A DNA stretch of 64,000 nt from Squalus acanthias (taxonomy: Eukaryota): positions 84,756,001 to 84,820,000 of the forward strand of contig CM059432.1 in the NCBI GenBank assembly GCA_030390025.1, in the 5' to 3' direction. Position 1 is the stretch's first letter, and every line of letters begins with the position of its first letter. Positions 11,356 through 20,660 of this stretch are shown here, one piece after another. The notes beneath the pieces are model-generated. The model had not been told where the DNA came from and did not search any database. It was given only the letters and a program-made list of their open reading frames with translations. The position numbers and the translations under genes are program-made.

Positions 11356-13022
11356 TGTAAGGGATTCTGACCCTGCGTGTCTCGCAGCCTGTGAGATTCA
11401 CGCGGCTCTGTGCAGCCTGTATGTCAGTGCGGGTCTAGGCCTCGTTGCCTGTTCTGGTCTCCAGCCAGTCTGGGAACACTAGACACACCTGTGAGTGGTT
11501 CGAATCACTCTCCCTTACGGTTCTAGACACTGGACTTAGATGCGAGAGCAGTAATGGAGATGAAACTCATGTAGACTCGGTTTGAATGGTACGAAATGGA
11601 AAATCTTTATTGCATGATACTTAAGATTATGAAATACATGTCATAAGCACAGATTAATGACAGTACAATCTTACAAACAGTTATATAGTCGATCTTAGGG
11701 AAACGAGGAACGAACGGCACAAAGTAAATAGGGGCACACATTACAAATATCCTTAATCCTTAAACCCTCCCCTATCAATATCTATCCTAAACTAGATTCG
11801 TAGGATCTCGAGACTCATGCTCACCACTCGTGATAACTCGGAGAAATTCCGAATAGCTGATCGGATGTTTTTCACCGCAGCACCCACGTGTCGGTCAGGA
11901 GATCTCCTGGTCCCACTTGTTTACTTGCTTCTGCTGCTCCGGCTAGCAGGCTGGAACGTCTGCTGTGATGAAGACCTGTGTTGGTTGGTTTAACAGGTAC
12001 TTTTCGAGCACAGTTGTCGATATCATCGATACGATATGTTTCTTTGCAAGTTCGAAGAAGTCTTCCTGGCAAGGAAAACTTGGCTAATCGACCTACAGGC
12101 GCGGTCGGGATTTACTGACCGTGGCGATGGATATGGTCTTCCTCTCTTCTCATCTCATCTCATCTCATCTCATCTCATCTCATCTCGGGCCTTTGGTTCC
12201 GCTGCCAGTTACCAACATAGGTCTTCGTTACGCGACACGAGGTAGATCCGAACGGATCAGAAAGTTCAACAGTCTTTTCAGAAGAGGCAACAGGCAAGCA
12301 GAAGCGAGCCCAACTACGAGTACACAGGAGCAGCCACGAGGTTACGAAAACAAGAGCACAGGAGCAGCCACGATGATAAGAGCAGCAAGAGAAAGATGGA
12401 CGGTTTGGAGCCTGCAATTATAGTGCAAAATCTTCCGTTTCCCGCCCAACTATAATGTCCATTCTTTTGTTTAGGGTCTGGCGCTCAAATGTCTTGTATG
12501 GGTGATCTCCGTTCTTAATGGGTTTCGGGGCTACTCGTAAATGTCTGAGTACCTGTTAATATTTCTCCCATTGTTAAATCGGTCGGTGTTCTCCCTGGAG
12601 GGGTTTGGGGCTTCCAAGTGTCCTGTATAACTACCTGCTAACGGCTCTCTCATCGTAGAGTCGTTGGGATTTTACATATTAATGTCTTTTGGATGGGCCC
12701 TTGATTACTCGGTACAATGGCTTTCCTTTGTACCTGGGAGACCGATTTCAGTATCTATGTGTATACTGCAAACCCATAATGTCTCGTGTATTATCTTCAC
12801 TGTGCTGAATCTTAATCGATCTTGCACAAATGTTTATTGGAACGCCATCTTGTCTGCCTGTTGAAAAGTCTAGAATGTTCTGTCACGAGGTGCGGCGGCC
12901 ATTTTACAGGCTGCTTGTGTCCACTTTAAACCTGCCAGCATTCTGCTGAAATAAAAGCTGTTTGAACGAAACTCTGTGTTTTCTCCTTATTAATAAAATC
13001 GCGATATATTGCGAATTCTACA
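11356..13022 (-). repeat. 3' LTR (1667 bp)
   Basis: Direct repeat of 22477-24138; termini TGTA...TACA; contains (TCTCA)7. Confidence 0.97.
11606..11611 (-). terminator. Candidate polyadenylation signal AATAAA in the 3' LTR
   Basis: AATAAA on the minus strand about 250 nt before the LTR end; a second AATAAA at 12833-12838 makes the choice tentative. Confidence 0.5.
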
Positions 13023-13034
13023 GTCCCTCCTGTT
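13023..13034 (-). other. Polypurine tract
   Basis: AACAGGAGGGAC immediately precedes the TGTAG start of the 3' LTR. Confidence 0.75.
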
Positions 13035-13472
13035 GATGCGAATAACTCCGCTTATCGTATCAAAAATCATAGTGGTGAGCAATATTATCTCGATTTCTCT
13101 CCGAATCCAGTAAATTAATCCCATAATTTTAACCTAGCTAGGGTCTCTGTGTCGTCCTCATTTCCCAAGAAAATTACATTTTATATCACCGTAGGCATTA
13201 TTTGCCCTTAAACTTACACCACTTGTTTTCCTTCCCGGCGTAACCAGGCCGATGCCTCTCGTATCACCTGTATATTCATCTTTTATTCAGGGAAAGGAAA
13301 AACAAAACCCAAAACCAAACAATCATTTTTAACTGTAACACCATCACCAAAATAATCAACACCAACTCTTAAAACATGTCGAGTTCCCAACGTATTTACA
13401 ATCTCTGAAAATCATCATCGAGTACAAACTTCCGCGGCGCACGTGGCGAGCGGGAGTGACGCCATTTTCCGA

Positions 13473-15824
13473 TCACACGGTGCTTTCATCGTGCACGCGC
13501 ACGTAACGTTCTCGCCACTCTCCCGTGTTTTCATGCTTGGTGAGGCGCTTGTCTCTTTTACAATGTACGACCAATAGGTACACTACAATGAAAACTTGGC
13601 ATACGACTAAAATGTGGGAGGCTATTCTGATCCATGAAGGCACTTCAATATTGGTGAACAGATTCCACCACGGTGGAACTACTATATCCAAAATGTCTGT
13701 TCCTATTTCGACAGTTTTCTGTTCTAATGTGTAAAAGTGTTTCTGTGACACCGCGACGGCTTTTAAAAGCTTGGTGAGGTGTTCAGGGAGAGGGGGAATG
13801 AGGTATCCAAAATGCGCGACGAATCGCTGCAAGTCGGTGAAATTCTCTTTTACTGTGAGATGAACAGTGGATGGTTCAGGGATTGGGATAATTCGCTGTT
13901 GTGCTACTTGAACTTCCGCCCTGGGTTTAAAACAGAAACTGCTGTCACTCACCGGACACCGGCTACGGTTTCCATGCTGGTAGTGTTGCGCTGCAGTGGT
14001 AACACAATATGTTCCACCCCCGATGTATGCTACCTGCGGAGGCACATGATCTTGTGCCATTGCCTCCATGGTGCAATTCATGGACTTGGCGCCAGTCGTT
14101 CTGAACCCGCACTGTGGTGTTAAAAAGGCATTCAAGTGCTGGGGGCACAGTATTATGTGTGCTCCCCTGCCACGACAACCAGAGAGATCTGTACCTGTCA
14201 TCGTTTGCTCCCAGCGGATGACGTAAGGTGGAACCGCTGCATAACGAATGTGGGCTCCCCCCTGAATGACACCAATGTTCTCTACCCGATATACCGGGGC
14301 GGGCTTTGCTGTGTCGCCCAAAACCGGCATGCGTAATACTATTCCCATAATAGTATGGTTTGAACGTCCGCAGTCCACGGGGACTGGGTAAGCTTCTGAA
14401 GCTAGCCTGAGCTGGCACGGACTTAATGCGTTCTGAAAAGGGTGGAGCGCCCGCAGGTGTTTGTTACTTATCCAGGACGGAACCAAACCTTGTTTTAAAT
14501 CCTCCAAATTACTGCGGCCCTCGCCCAGTAACCACGCCCCGTAAAGCACGCACACCTCGTTCTGCGCAGCTTGATCGGATGCATTCCGATCTTCCCTAAT
14601 CAGGGCATTTACCGTCTTTGCATGTTTCTCCAACTCTGCTATAATTTCCTTTAAATGGAGAGTCATGGCTTGGTCCTCGTGTAGACCCGACCCTACCACT
14701 TTATTCTCATCTGTTAGAATGTCCTTTAATTGTGTCTTTAAACCATTAATCTGGGTCTGCAGCTCCACACTGTCTAGAGCGTTGACCACAGATGTACCCG
14801 TGTTAAAAGCAGTGAACGCATCGTTCACCAAACCCCTTCTTTGCCTCCCTGCTTGATTCAAAACTTCCTGTGGTGCGGTGTACAAACTTGTCTTATCAAT
14901 TTCCGCGAAATCGAATTCGTAAAATTGTCTGAACATCTTGGTCAACAGGACCTGATACAACTGTTCCGTCTTTTTGGGGCACCACTCTGGTAACCGCACC
15001 TCGGTGAGATTTAAAATCACCGAGGCCACCGCGTAATGTACCCCCTGAAATAGTATCTGGTCTGTGGGGACCAGTACCAAACCATTCCCGGGTCCCTTAC
15101 TAGTTTTAGGGCACCCTTCTTCCTCAGCTAGAACCACCGGAATCGTGGGCGGGGCTTTGCGTGGGCGCGTAATGAGCTCAGTGGCATTTACTGGGATCGG
15201 GGAGAATGGGGCTCCGCACCCCCTGGTGCTCGCATCCCACCTCATCCCCTGTCCGTTATCCTGCCATTGATTAATGAAAAATATGGAGATGCCTTTGGGG
15301 CAAACGTACTTTGACCCCCACATACATACATAAATTCCCTCATCCGGTTCCCACCATTTGTCCCAACAGACTTTCACTTGTCCGTCTGTCCCCGTAATTG
15401 TCCGATGGGTATTATTACCCAGTCGTTCCCACTCGACCGAAGAGTTCCTCATAGTGTTGCTCAGCTTTCGCAGCCACCACCATCGGCTCAATGGGACCTT
15501 CCCACTACAAGTCAAACAAATCCGTTTGCCGACGGTGACGCTGATCCTGGGTGCGATGATCCTTACTTTGGGGCACAGTAAAGAAGTCTCTTTGTAGGCA
15601 AACCCCGATGTGCTGGAATACTCCGTTGAGTTCGTTCCCAGCCATCCTGGCCACCTTCCCTTGTGGAAATAGGTGCTGGTCTCCTCTGCCTCCCGTCTTC
15701 CGGTCCCATCCACCGCGATGGGGGCCGTGTCCCCGGAACATCCAAACACCACGACATCCTTGGTGCGGCCTCGATAGGCCAATCCACATCCGATTGCCAC
15801 GAGCAATACTAGAATTCGTTCCAT
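13473..15824 (-). CDS. env: Env glycoprotein, 783 aa: signal peptide, Ig-like domain, F-type class I fusion protein with furin site, TM anchor
   Basis: ATG at 15824 opens a hydrophobic signal MERILVLLVAIGCGLA. Several NxS/T sites; RQRR/GLV cleavage at 14835-14846 followed by a heptad region and a Cys-rich block; TM ILVVCQVFIVVYLLVV; short tail. Confidence 0.92.
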   Translation of the reverse strand: MERILVLLVAIGCGLAYRGRTKDVVVFGCSGDTAPIAVDGTGRREAEETSTYFHKGRWPGWLGTNSTEYSSTSGFAYKETSLLCPKVRIIAPRISVTVGKRICLTCSGKVPLSRWWWLRKLSNTMRNSSVEWERLGNNTHRTITGTDGQVKVCWDKWWEPDEGIYVCMWGSKYVCPKGISIFFINQWQDNGQGMRWDASTRGCGAPFSPIPVNATELITRPRKAPPTIPVVLAEEEGCPKTSKGPGNGLVLVPTDQILFQGVHYAVASVILNLTEVRLPEWCPKKTEQLYQVLLTKMFRQFYEFDFAEIDKTSLYTAPQEVLNQAGRQRRGLVNDAFTAFNTGTSVVNALDSVELQTQINGLKTQLKDILTDENKVVGSGLHEDQAMTLHLKEIIAELEKHAKTVNALIREDRNASDQAAQNEVCVLYGAWLLGEGRSNLEDLKQGLVPSWISNKHLRALHPFQNALSPCQLRLASEAYPVPVDCGRSNHTIMGIVLRMPVLGDTAKPAPVYRVENIGVIQGGAHIRYAAVPPYVIRWEQTMTGTDLSGCRGRGAHIILCPQHLNAFLTPQCGFRTTGAKSMNCTMEAMAQDHVPPQVAYIGGGTYCVTTAAQHYQHGNRSRCPVSDSSFCFKPRAEVQVAQQRIIPIPEPSTVHLTVKENFTDLQRFVAHFGYLIPPLPEHLTKLLKAVAVSQKHFYTLEQKTVEIGTDILDIVVPPWWNLFTNIEVPSWIRIASHILVVCQVFIVVYLLVVHCKRDKRLTKHENTGEWRERYVRVHDESTV

Positions 15825-15837
15825 CCTTCCTTGGTTC

Positions 15838-15862
15838 CTGTGATCAGATAGAATGAGGTAGC
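15838..15862 (-). promoter_or_regulatory. Candidate env splice acceptor
   Basis: CTACCTCATTCTATCTGATCACAG/G lies 13 nt upstream of the env ATG. Confidence 0.55.
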
Positions 15863-16136
15863 CAGCCTCGCAAGAGTCTCTGGCTTTTGTGAAGGGTGAG
15901 CGGGTCCCCTGACCTCGCCTCACGTAAACTTCCACGTTTGCTGTATAAACTTTTCACTAAACCTATCTTTAAAACTCCCATCATTTTATCGTTTTCTGTT
16001 TAAAACACTACAAACTTAACCTTATTAAAACTATAAACTTAACCTTGAACTATTAACTTAAAACTTAACCTTGAACTATAAACTTAAAACTTAGAACTAT
16101 AACTATACAGTGCCGCCCGTTCTCAGGGCGGCCCCT

Positions 16137-19100
16137 TTAAATTCTGAGAAGGCTGCTGCGAGCTCTTCCCGACGGTGGGAGGGCACTGACCCTTCCCTCT
16201 GATCTGCCGCAGCCTGTTGCTGCGCTGACCCTTCCCTCTGATCTGCCGCAGCCTGTTACTGCTGCGATGTGGCCGGTCTGTATCTGGGTTATCTTAACCT
16301 TAAATTTTCGCCTTGGGGCAGTCTGGGGACATGACCACATCCTCCTGGGCTGGGGTTCTCTACCTGACCTACGGGGAGTTGCTATGGGCGGGGGTTCCGT
16401 GACGGACGGACCGGGTTCCGAGACTTCCATCGGGATGACCTGGGGTTCCATCACAGTCGCTGGCTCCGCCTCCGCTGACTCCGCCTCCCTAACCTCGGGG
16501 CTGGCAGTTCGTGGCTCCGCCCTGCTTGGCCCAGCAGGCGGCCCTTCACTCGTGATCTCTGCCTCCCCTGAGGACTGGACGTTCAAAGCGGGCGGCCACA
16601 TCTCTGGGAGCCACACCGGTACTCTCTGTGCTCCCATAGCGGCTGGCCCTGCCTCCTCTAGCTCCTCCCTCCTGTCTTCGGGACCTGCAGCTTGGGTGTC
16701 CACCCTGTGTTGATCTCTACCTACAGCCCCCATTCCCTCCAGACCGTTCCTCAGAAACCACCCGTCATCATCACTATTCTCATCTGCACTATCCTCATCT
16801 GACCAGGGTGCCCTGAATTCTTCCTCATCTAACCCCCAATTCCAGAAAAACGCTGCATGATCGTCCGGGATGTCCCTTCCCCTGATGCAAGCTGCTATGC
16901 CTGCCTGTGTGCCTTGTGGTCCTACCTGGGGCTGTGCTTTCCCGTTGGCGGGATTTACCCCTGTAGTTTTCCCTTGCGCACCTGGCTGGTACAGTTTGCA
17001 TTGGTTTATGTGGAACCACTTAGTGCGCCGTGGTACTTTTACGGCGTAAACCATGGGACTCGCCTTGTCTACAATGTTGTAGGGTCCCATATACAGTGGT
17101 TCCAGACTCCCTACTCTGGCATAGTTTCTGACCATGACCTGGTCTCCCACTTCCCACTCCCGCGTTTTGCGGGGTTCCAGCAACAAGCGATTGCCCTGAT
17201 GCTGCCTTCCCATGTTCCCAGCCGCCTGCTCATAAACTTGCTTCAGGCGCTCCAAGAGAGTCTGGGCGAACTTGTCCCTGCTTATCTCTTGGAGCTGACC
17301 CTCAGTGAGCACCGGGGCTAGCACATGGGTGGGGGTTCGCATGAGCCTGCCGGTCATTACCTCGTGCGGGGAGTACCCCGTACTTTTTGACTGACTGGCC
17401 CGGACCCCCATGAGGACTAAAGGCAGAACTTCCGCCCATTTTTGGGGCGAGTTCCTAGTCTCTTTCCTCAATTTCTCCTTCAGGGTCCGGTTCATACGTT
17501 CAACAATCCCGGATGACTGGGGATTGTGTGCTACGTGCCACTTCCCTTCAATGCCCAAAAGCATGAGGGTGGTCTGCATCACCTGGCCGGTGAAATGACT
17601 CCCTTGGTCTGACTCCACAAAACGGGGGAGTCCCCACCGCGAGAACACTTCCCGGACCAAGATTTTTGCTGTACCTAGTGCCGTAGCTGTTCGACAAGGG
17701 AAGGCTTCCACCCACTTGGAAAACACATCCACCAGGACGAGGCAGTACTTATAACCTCCCTGGGTGGTGGGCAGGGGTCCTATATAGTCGATCTGTATCG
17801 ACTGCCATGGTCCCTCTACCCTTCTTACGTGTCCCATGGGCACCTTCCTTTTCTGGGGGTCTGGGTTGTTTGCAGCGCACACAAGACAGTTTGCACAGAA
17901 CTCGCGGACTTGTTCCCTGAGCCCTGGCCACCATCCCGCTTGCTCTACCCGTTGCCAGGTAACCTCGGGCCCGGGGTGCCCTGCCCCTGGTCCCTCGTGA
18001 GCCAACTGGAGGAATTCCCTCCTGTGCTGCTGTGGCACAACCCACTGCTCCTCGCGGAACAGCATGCCTTCCTTAACTGAGAGGGTTGCCGTACTGTACG
18101 GACCTTCTACCTGTCTCCCCTCAGCAATCGTTTTTAGGACTGCTTTTAGGGCGGGATCCTGGGCTTGGACGGTCTTAAGGTCTAGGGGCAATGCTACCCT
18201 GGTGTTCCCGGGATTCCCGTCCCCGCCTCGGACCGCTGCTATGGGTCCGGCCCTATAGGGGTTCCAGAAAGTGCCGTCGCGGGCACCTTCCCTGGCTAGC
18301 GCATCCGCCTGCCGGTTGCCTTCCCCACGGGGCTCTGTGGAGGAGTGAGCTTTCACCTTATGGATGAAAATCTCTCCTTCCTCCCCTACTGCTGCTGCTA
18401 AGATCTTTTCCAGCAAGGGCTTCACCGTTAAAGGTCGCCCGTCCGCGGAGGTGTATCCGCGGCGGGACCAAATGGCCAGGTATTCCGTACACGAATTGCA
18501 GGTGAACATACTGTCCGAGCAAATCGTGTATGGGGTTGGGAAAATGTCTGGGTGGGTCACAACGTACACCACGGCAGACAGCTCAGCTTGCTGCGCGCTC
18601 ATGGTGCTAGGGAGCTTGATCGCCAGGGCAAGGTCTGCCGCAGGGTCATAAACTCCACACCCTGTGAGTCGCTCGCCAGCAGATACTGTGCTAGACCCAT
18701 CAACATAAATCTCGCGCCCATTGGGATGTATCCCGGCCCGTAAACCTATGTTGACGTCCCACACCCCTTCCACCGAACACCGGTGGGCTGTACCGGGGTA
18801 TACCAAATTGGCCGCAAGCCTGGGCTCGCAAAGACCTTTTACTCTAAGATCCAACTGGGAGAGAAGAAGGGTCCAACGCGCAATGCGCGCGCTGCTTACG
18901 GTCCCGTCTTTAATCCTCCCATCCAGAAGCATCTTAGTTGGTGTGTGATGTGTGAGGAGAGTGATGGGAGAGAGCCCTGTGAAGATCGCTGATCTTTTCA
19001 CAGCCCAATGCGTGGCTAAAAGGTGCCTTTCGCAATTGGAGAAACTTCTCTCCACATCCGTTAACACCCTGGATGAATAGACAACCGGCCTCAGCTTGCC

Positions 19101-20660
19101 GTGACGCTCTTGGAGCAGCACGGCGCTTAAGCTGTCTCCGCTGGCAGCTACCTCCAGGAAAAACTCCCTCCCCCCATCTATGGCCCCTAAGGCTGGCGCG
19201 GTCTGCAGATCCCTTTTTAACTTCTCGAAGGCTGCTTGGCAGCCCTCGTCCCAAAACCACTCCACCCCCTTATGGAGGAGTCGGAGGAGCGGCGCTGCTG
19301 TGGCCGCATAATCTTCGATAAAATCCCTGCAGTAACCGGTCAGTCCCAAGAAGGACCTCACACCCCTTACGTTGTTGGGAATCGGTAATTCTTGCACCGA
19401 CTCCCTCCTTGCTTTGTCTATGGCTCTTTCCCCAGCGCGTATGGTCAGTCCCAGGAATTTTACTTCCCGCTGACCGATACGTGCTTTCTTAGGATTTATT
19501 TTAAAACCCTTTCTCGCTAGCAGCTCCAATAACTCGTCCAGTAGTGGTCCATGCTCCTCCCTTGAGTCCGTAAATAGGAGCAAATCATCCACATACTGCA
19601 CTATCTGATTGGGCTGACTAAACTCCTTTAAACTTCCTGCCATACACTGATGAAAAATACTGGGGCTATTGTGGAAACCCTGTGGCAGACAGTTCCACGT
19701 GTACTGTTGCCCTTTGAAAGTAAAGGCAAACTTGTACTGGTCCTCTCGCCGCAGCGGGATGGACCAAAAACCGTTCGAGATATCCAGCACCGTGAACGTG
19801 GTCGCGGACGCTGGGATGCTCCCTATTAGGTCAGCAACTGCTGCTACTGTGGGCGCGCAGGCGGGAATGTTACTGTTAAGGACTCTGTAGTCCACCGTGG
19901 CTCTCCACGAATTATCCGGCTTCCTAACCGGCCATAATGGGGAGTTCACGTGTGTGGCTATCGGCCTCAACACGCCCTGCTGCACCAAGGAGGACATTGC
20001 TGTCTCCATATCGGGTTCTGCTTCTTTGGGGAAGTTATACTGCTTTTGGGGTCGGGTCATGGGGTCCCCATCTATGCTGACCTCAAACCCGACCACTCTC
20101 CCACAATCGTGCTTGTGGGTTGCAAACGCGTGCATATTATCTGACACGTACGTTTGCATGTCCGTTGGGACATCTGCGACCATAAGCCTGAGGTCGTAGC
20201 CTCCGGATGGCTGTACGGTACACAGGACCCCTGTTTCTTCCTCCCCCGGAATCACTATTACCTCGCCTTTTTCACCTTTAGCCCCCCAGAGACAGTGATT
20301 TCTGAGGTCCACGAGGATCCCGTGTCCCGCTAGGAGATCGGACCCGAGAATACCTCTTCCACCCCCCTTTTGCCATGCCATCAGTATACACTTCCACTTA
20401 AGGCGAAGTGTTCCTAAACGAATGGATAGCGGAAGGGAAAACGTGCCAGCCTGTTCTTTTCCTGTGAACCCTGCTAACGTGAATGGGACCTTGGTAGATA
20501 GCGGCGAGTCAAAAGGGTTATCAGTATGGATTATGGTGCAAGAAGCTCCCGTGTCCAACAAATAACTACCCTTCTGTTTCTCTACCTCCATCTCCACCAC
20601 AGGTCGCCTCCACGCATCATAGCTAAGCGGACACAGGTAGACGGGCTGCGCCGGTTCTAG
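16137..20660 (-). CDS. pol: Pol polyprotein (PR, RT, degenerate RNase H tether, RNase H, integrase, C-terminal extension), expressed by readthrough from gag
   Basis: LLDTGAS protease; LDISNGF, LPQGF and YVDD RT motifs; YVDGS..AEL..SDS..GNRQAD RNase H; HHCC, D-D-E (QIDY, SDQG, VERMN) and GPY integrase motifs. The frame is open from the codon right after the gag stop. Confidence 0.96.
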   Translation of the reverse strand, partial: LEPAQPVYLCPLSYDAWRRPVVEMEVEKQKGSYLLDTGASCTIIHTDNPFDSPLSTKVPFTLAGFTGKEQAGTFSLPLSIRLGTLRLKWKCILMAWQKGGGRGILGSDLLAGHGILVDLRNHCLWGAKGEKGEVIVIPGEEETGVLCTVQPSGGYDLRLMVADVPTDMQTYVSDNMHAFATHKHDCGRVVGFEVSIDGDPMTRPQKQYNFPKEAEPDMETAMSSLVQQGVLRPIATHVNSPLWPVRKPDNSWRATVDYRVLNSNIPACAPTVAAVADLIGSIPASATTFTVLDISNGFWSIPLRREDQYKFAFTFKGQQYTWNCLPQGFHNSPSIFHQCMAGSLKEFSQPNQIVQYVDDLLLFTDSREEHGPLLDELLELLARKGFKINPKKARIGQREVKFLGLTIRAGERAIDKARRESVQELPIPNNVRGVRSFLGLTGYCRDFIEDYAATAAPLLRLLHKGVEWFWDEGCQAAFEKLKRDLQTAPALGAIDGGREFFLEVAASGDSLSAVLLQERHGKLRPVVYSSRVLTDVERSFSNCERHLLATHWAVKRSAIFTGLSPITLLTHHTPTKMLLDGRIKDGTVSSARIARWTLLLSQLDLRVKGLCEPRLAANLVYPGTAHRCSVEGVWDVNIGLRAGIHPNGREIYVDGSSTVSAGERLTGCGVYDPAADLALAIKLPSTMSAQQAELSAVVYVVTHPDIFPTPYTICSDSMFTCNSCTEYLAIWSRRGYTSADGRPLTVKPLLEKILAAAVGEEGEIFIHKVKAHSSTEPRGEGNRQADALAREGARDGTFWNPYRAGPIAAVRGGDGNPGNTRVALPLDLKTVQAQDPALKAVLKTIAEGRQVEGPYSTATLSVKEGMLFREEQWVVPQQHRREFLQLAHEGPGAGHPGPEVTWQRVEQAGWWPGLREQVREFCANCLVCAANNPDPQKRKVPMGHVRRVEGPWQSIQIDYIGPLPTTQGGYKYCLVLVDVFSKWVEAFPCRTATALGTAKILVREVFSRWGLPRFVESDQGSHFTGQVMQTTLMLLGIEGKWHVAHNPQSSGIVERMNRTLKEKLRKETRNSPQKWAEVLPLVLMGVRASQSKSTGYSPHEVMTGRLMRTPTHVLAPVLTEGQLQEISRDKFAQTLLERLKQVYEQAAGNMGRQHQGNRLLLEPRKTREWEVGDQVMVRNYARVGSLEPLYMGPYNIVDKASPMVYAVKVPRRTKWFHINQCKLYQPGAQGKTTGVNPANGKAQPQVGPQGTQAGIAACIRGRDIPDDHAAFFWNWGLDEEEFRAPWSDEDSADENSDDDGWFLRNGLEGMGAVGRDQHRVDTQAAGPEDRREELEEAGPAAMGAQRVPVWLPEMWPPALNVQSSGEAEITSEGPPAGPSRAEPRTASPEVREAESAEAEPATVMEPQVIPMEVSEPGPSVTEPPPIATPRRSGREPQPRRMWSCPQTAPRRKFKVKITQIQTGHIAAVTGCGRSEGRVSAATGCGRSEGRVSALPPSGRARSSLLRI

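Noticed and set aside
11493..11510. GAGTGGTTCGAATCACTC in the LTR resembling a tRNA T arm or B box
   Set aside because: Only a small hairpin; no A box or cloverleaf around it.
11872..12864. Short ORFs inside the LTRs as accessory genes
   Set aside because: 66-100 aa, mostly non-ATG starts, no motifs; they recur only because the LTR is duplicated.
15825..15935. 37-aa N-terminal Env extension from the GTG start in the ORF track
   Set aside because: The ATG at 15824 has good context, directly opens the signal peptide and follows a candidate splice acceptor.
16267..17321. Antisense ORFs of 148 and 154 aa opposite pol, as possible HBZ-like genes
   Set aside because: They are short, have no recognisable motifs and are expected as shadows of a GC-rich coding strand; no promoter or splice evidence.
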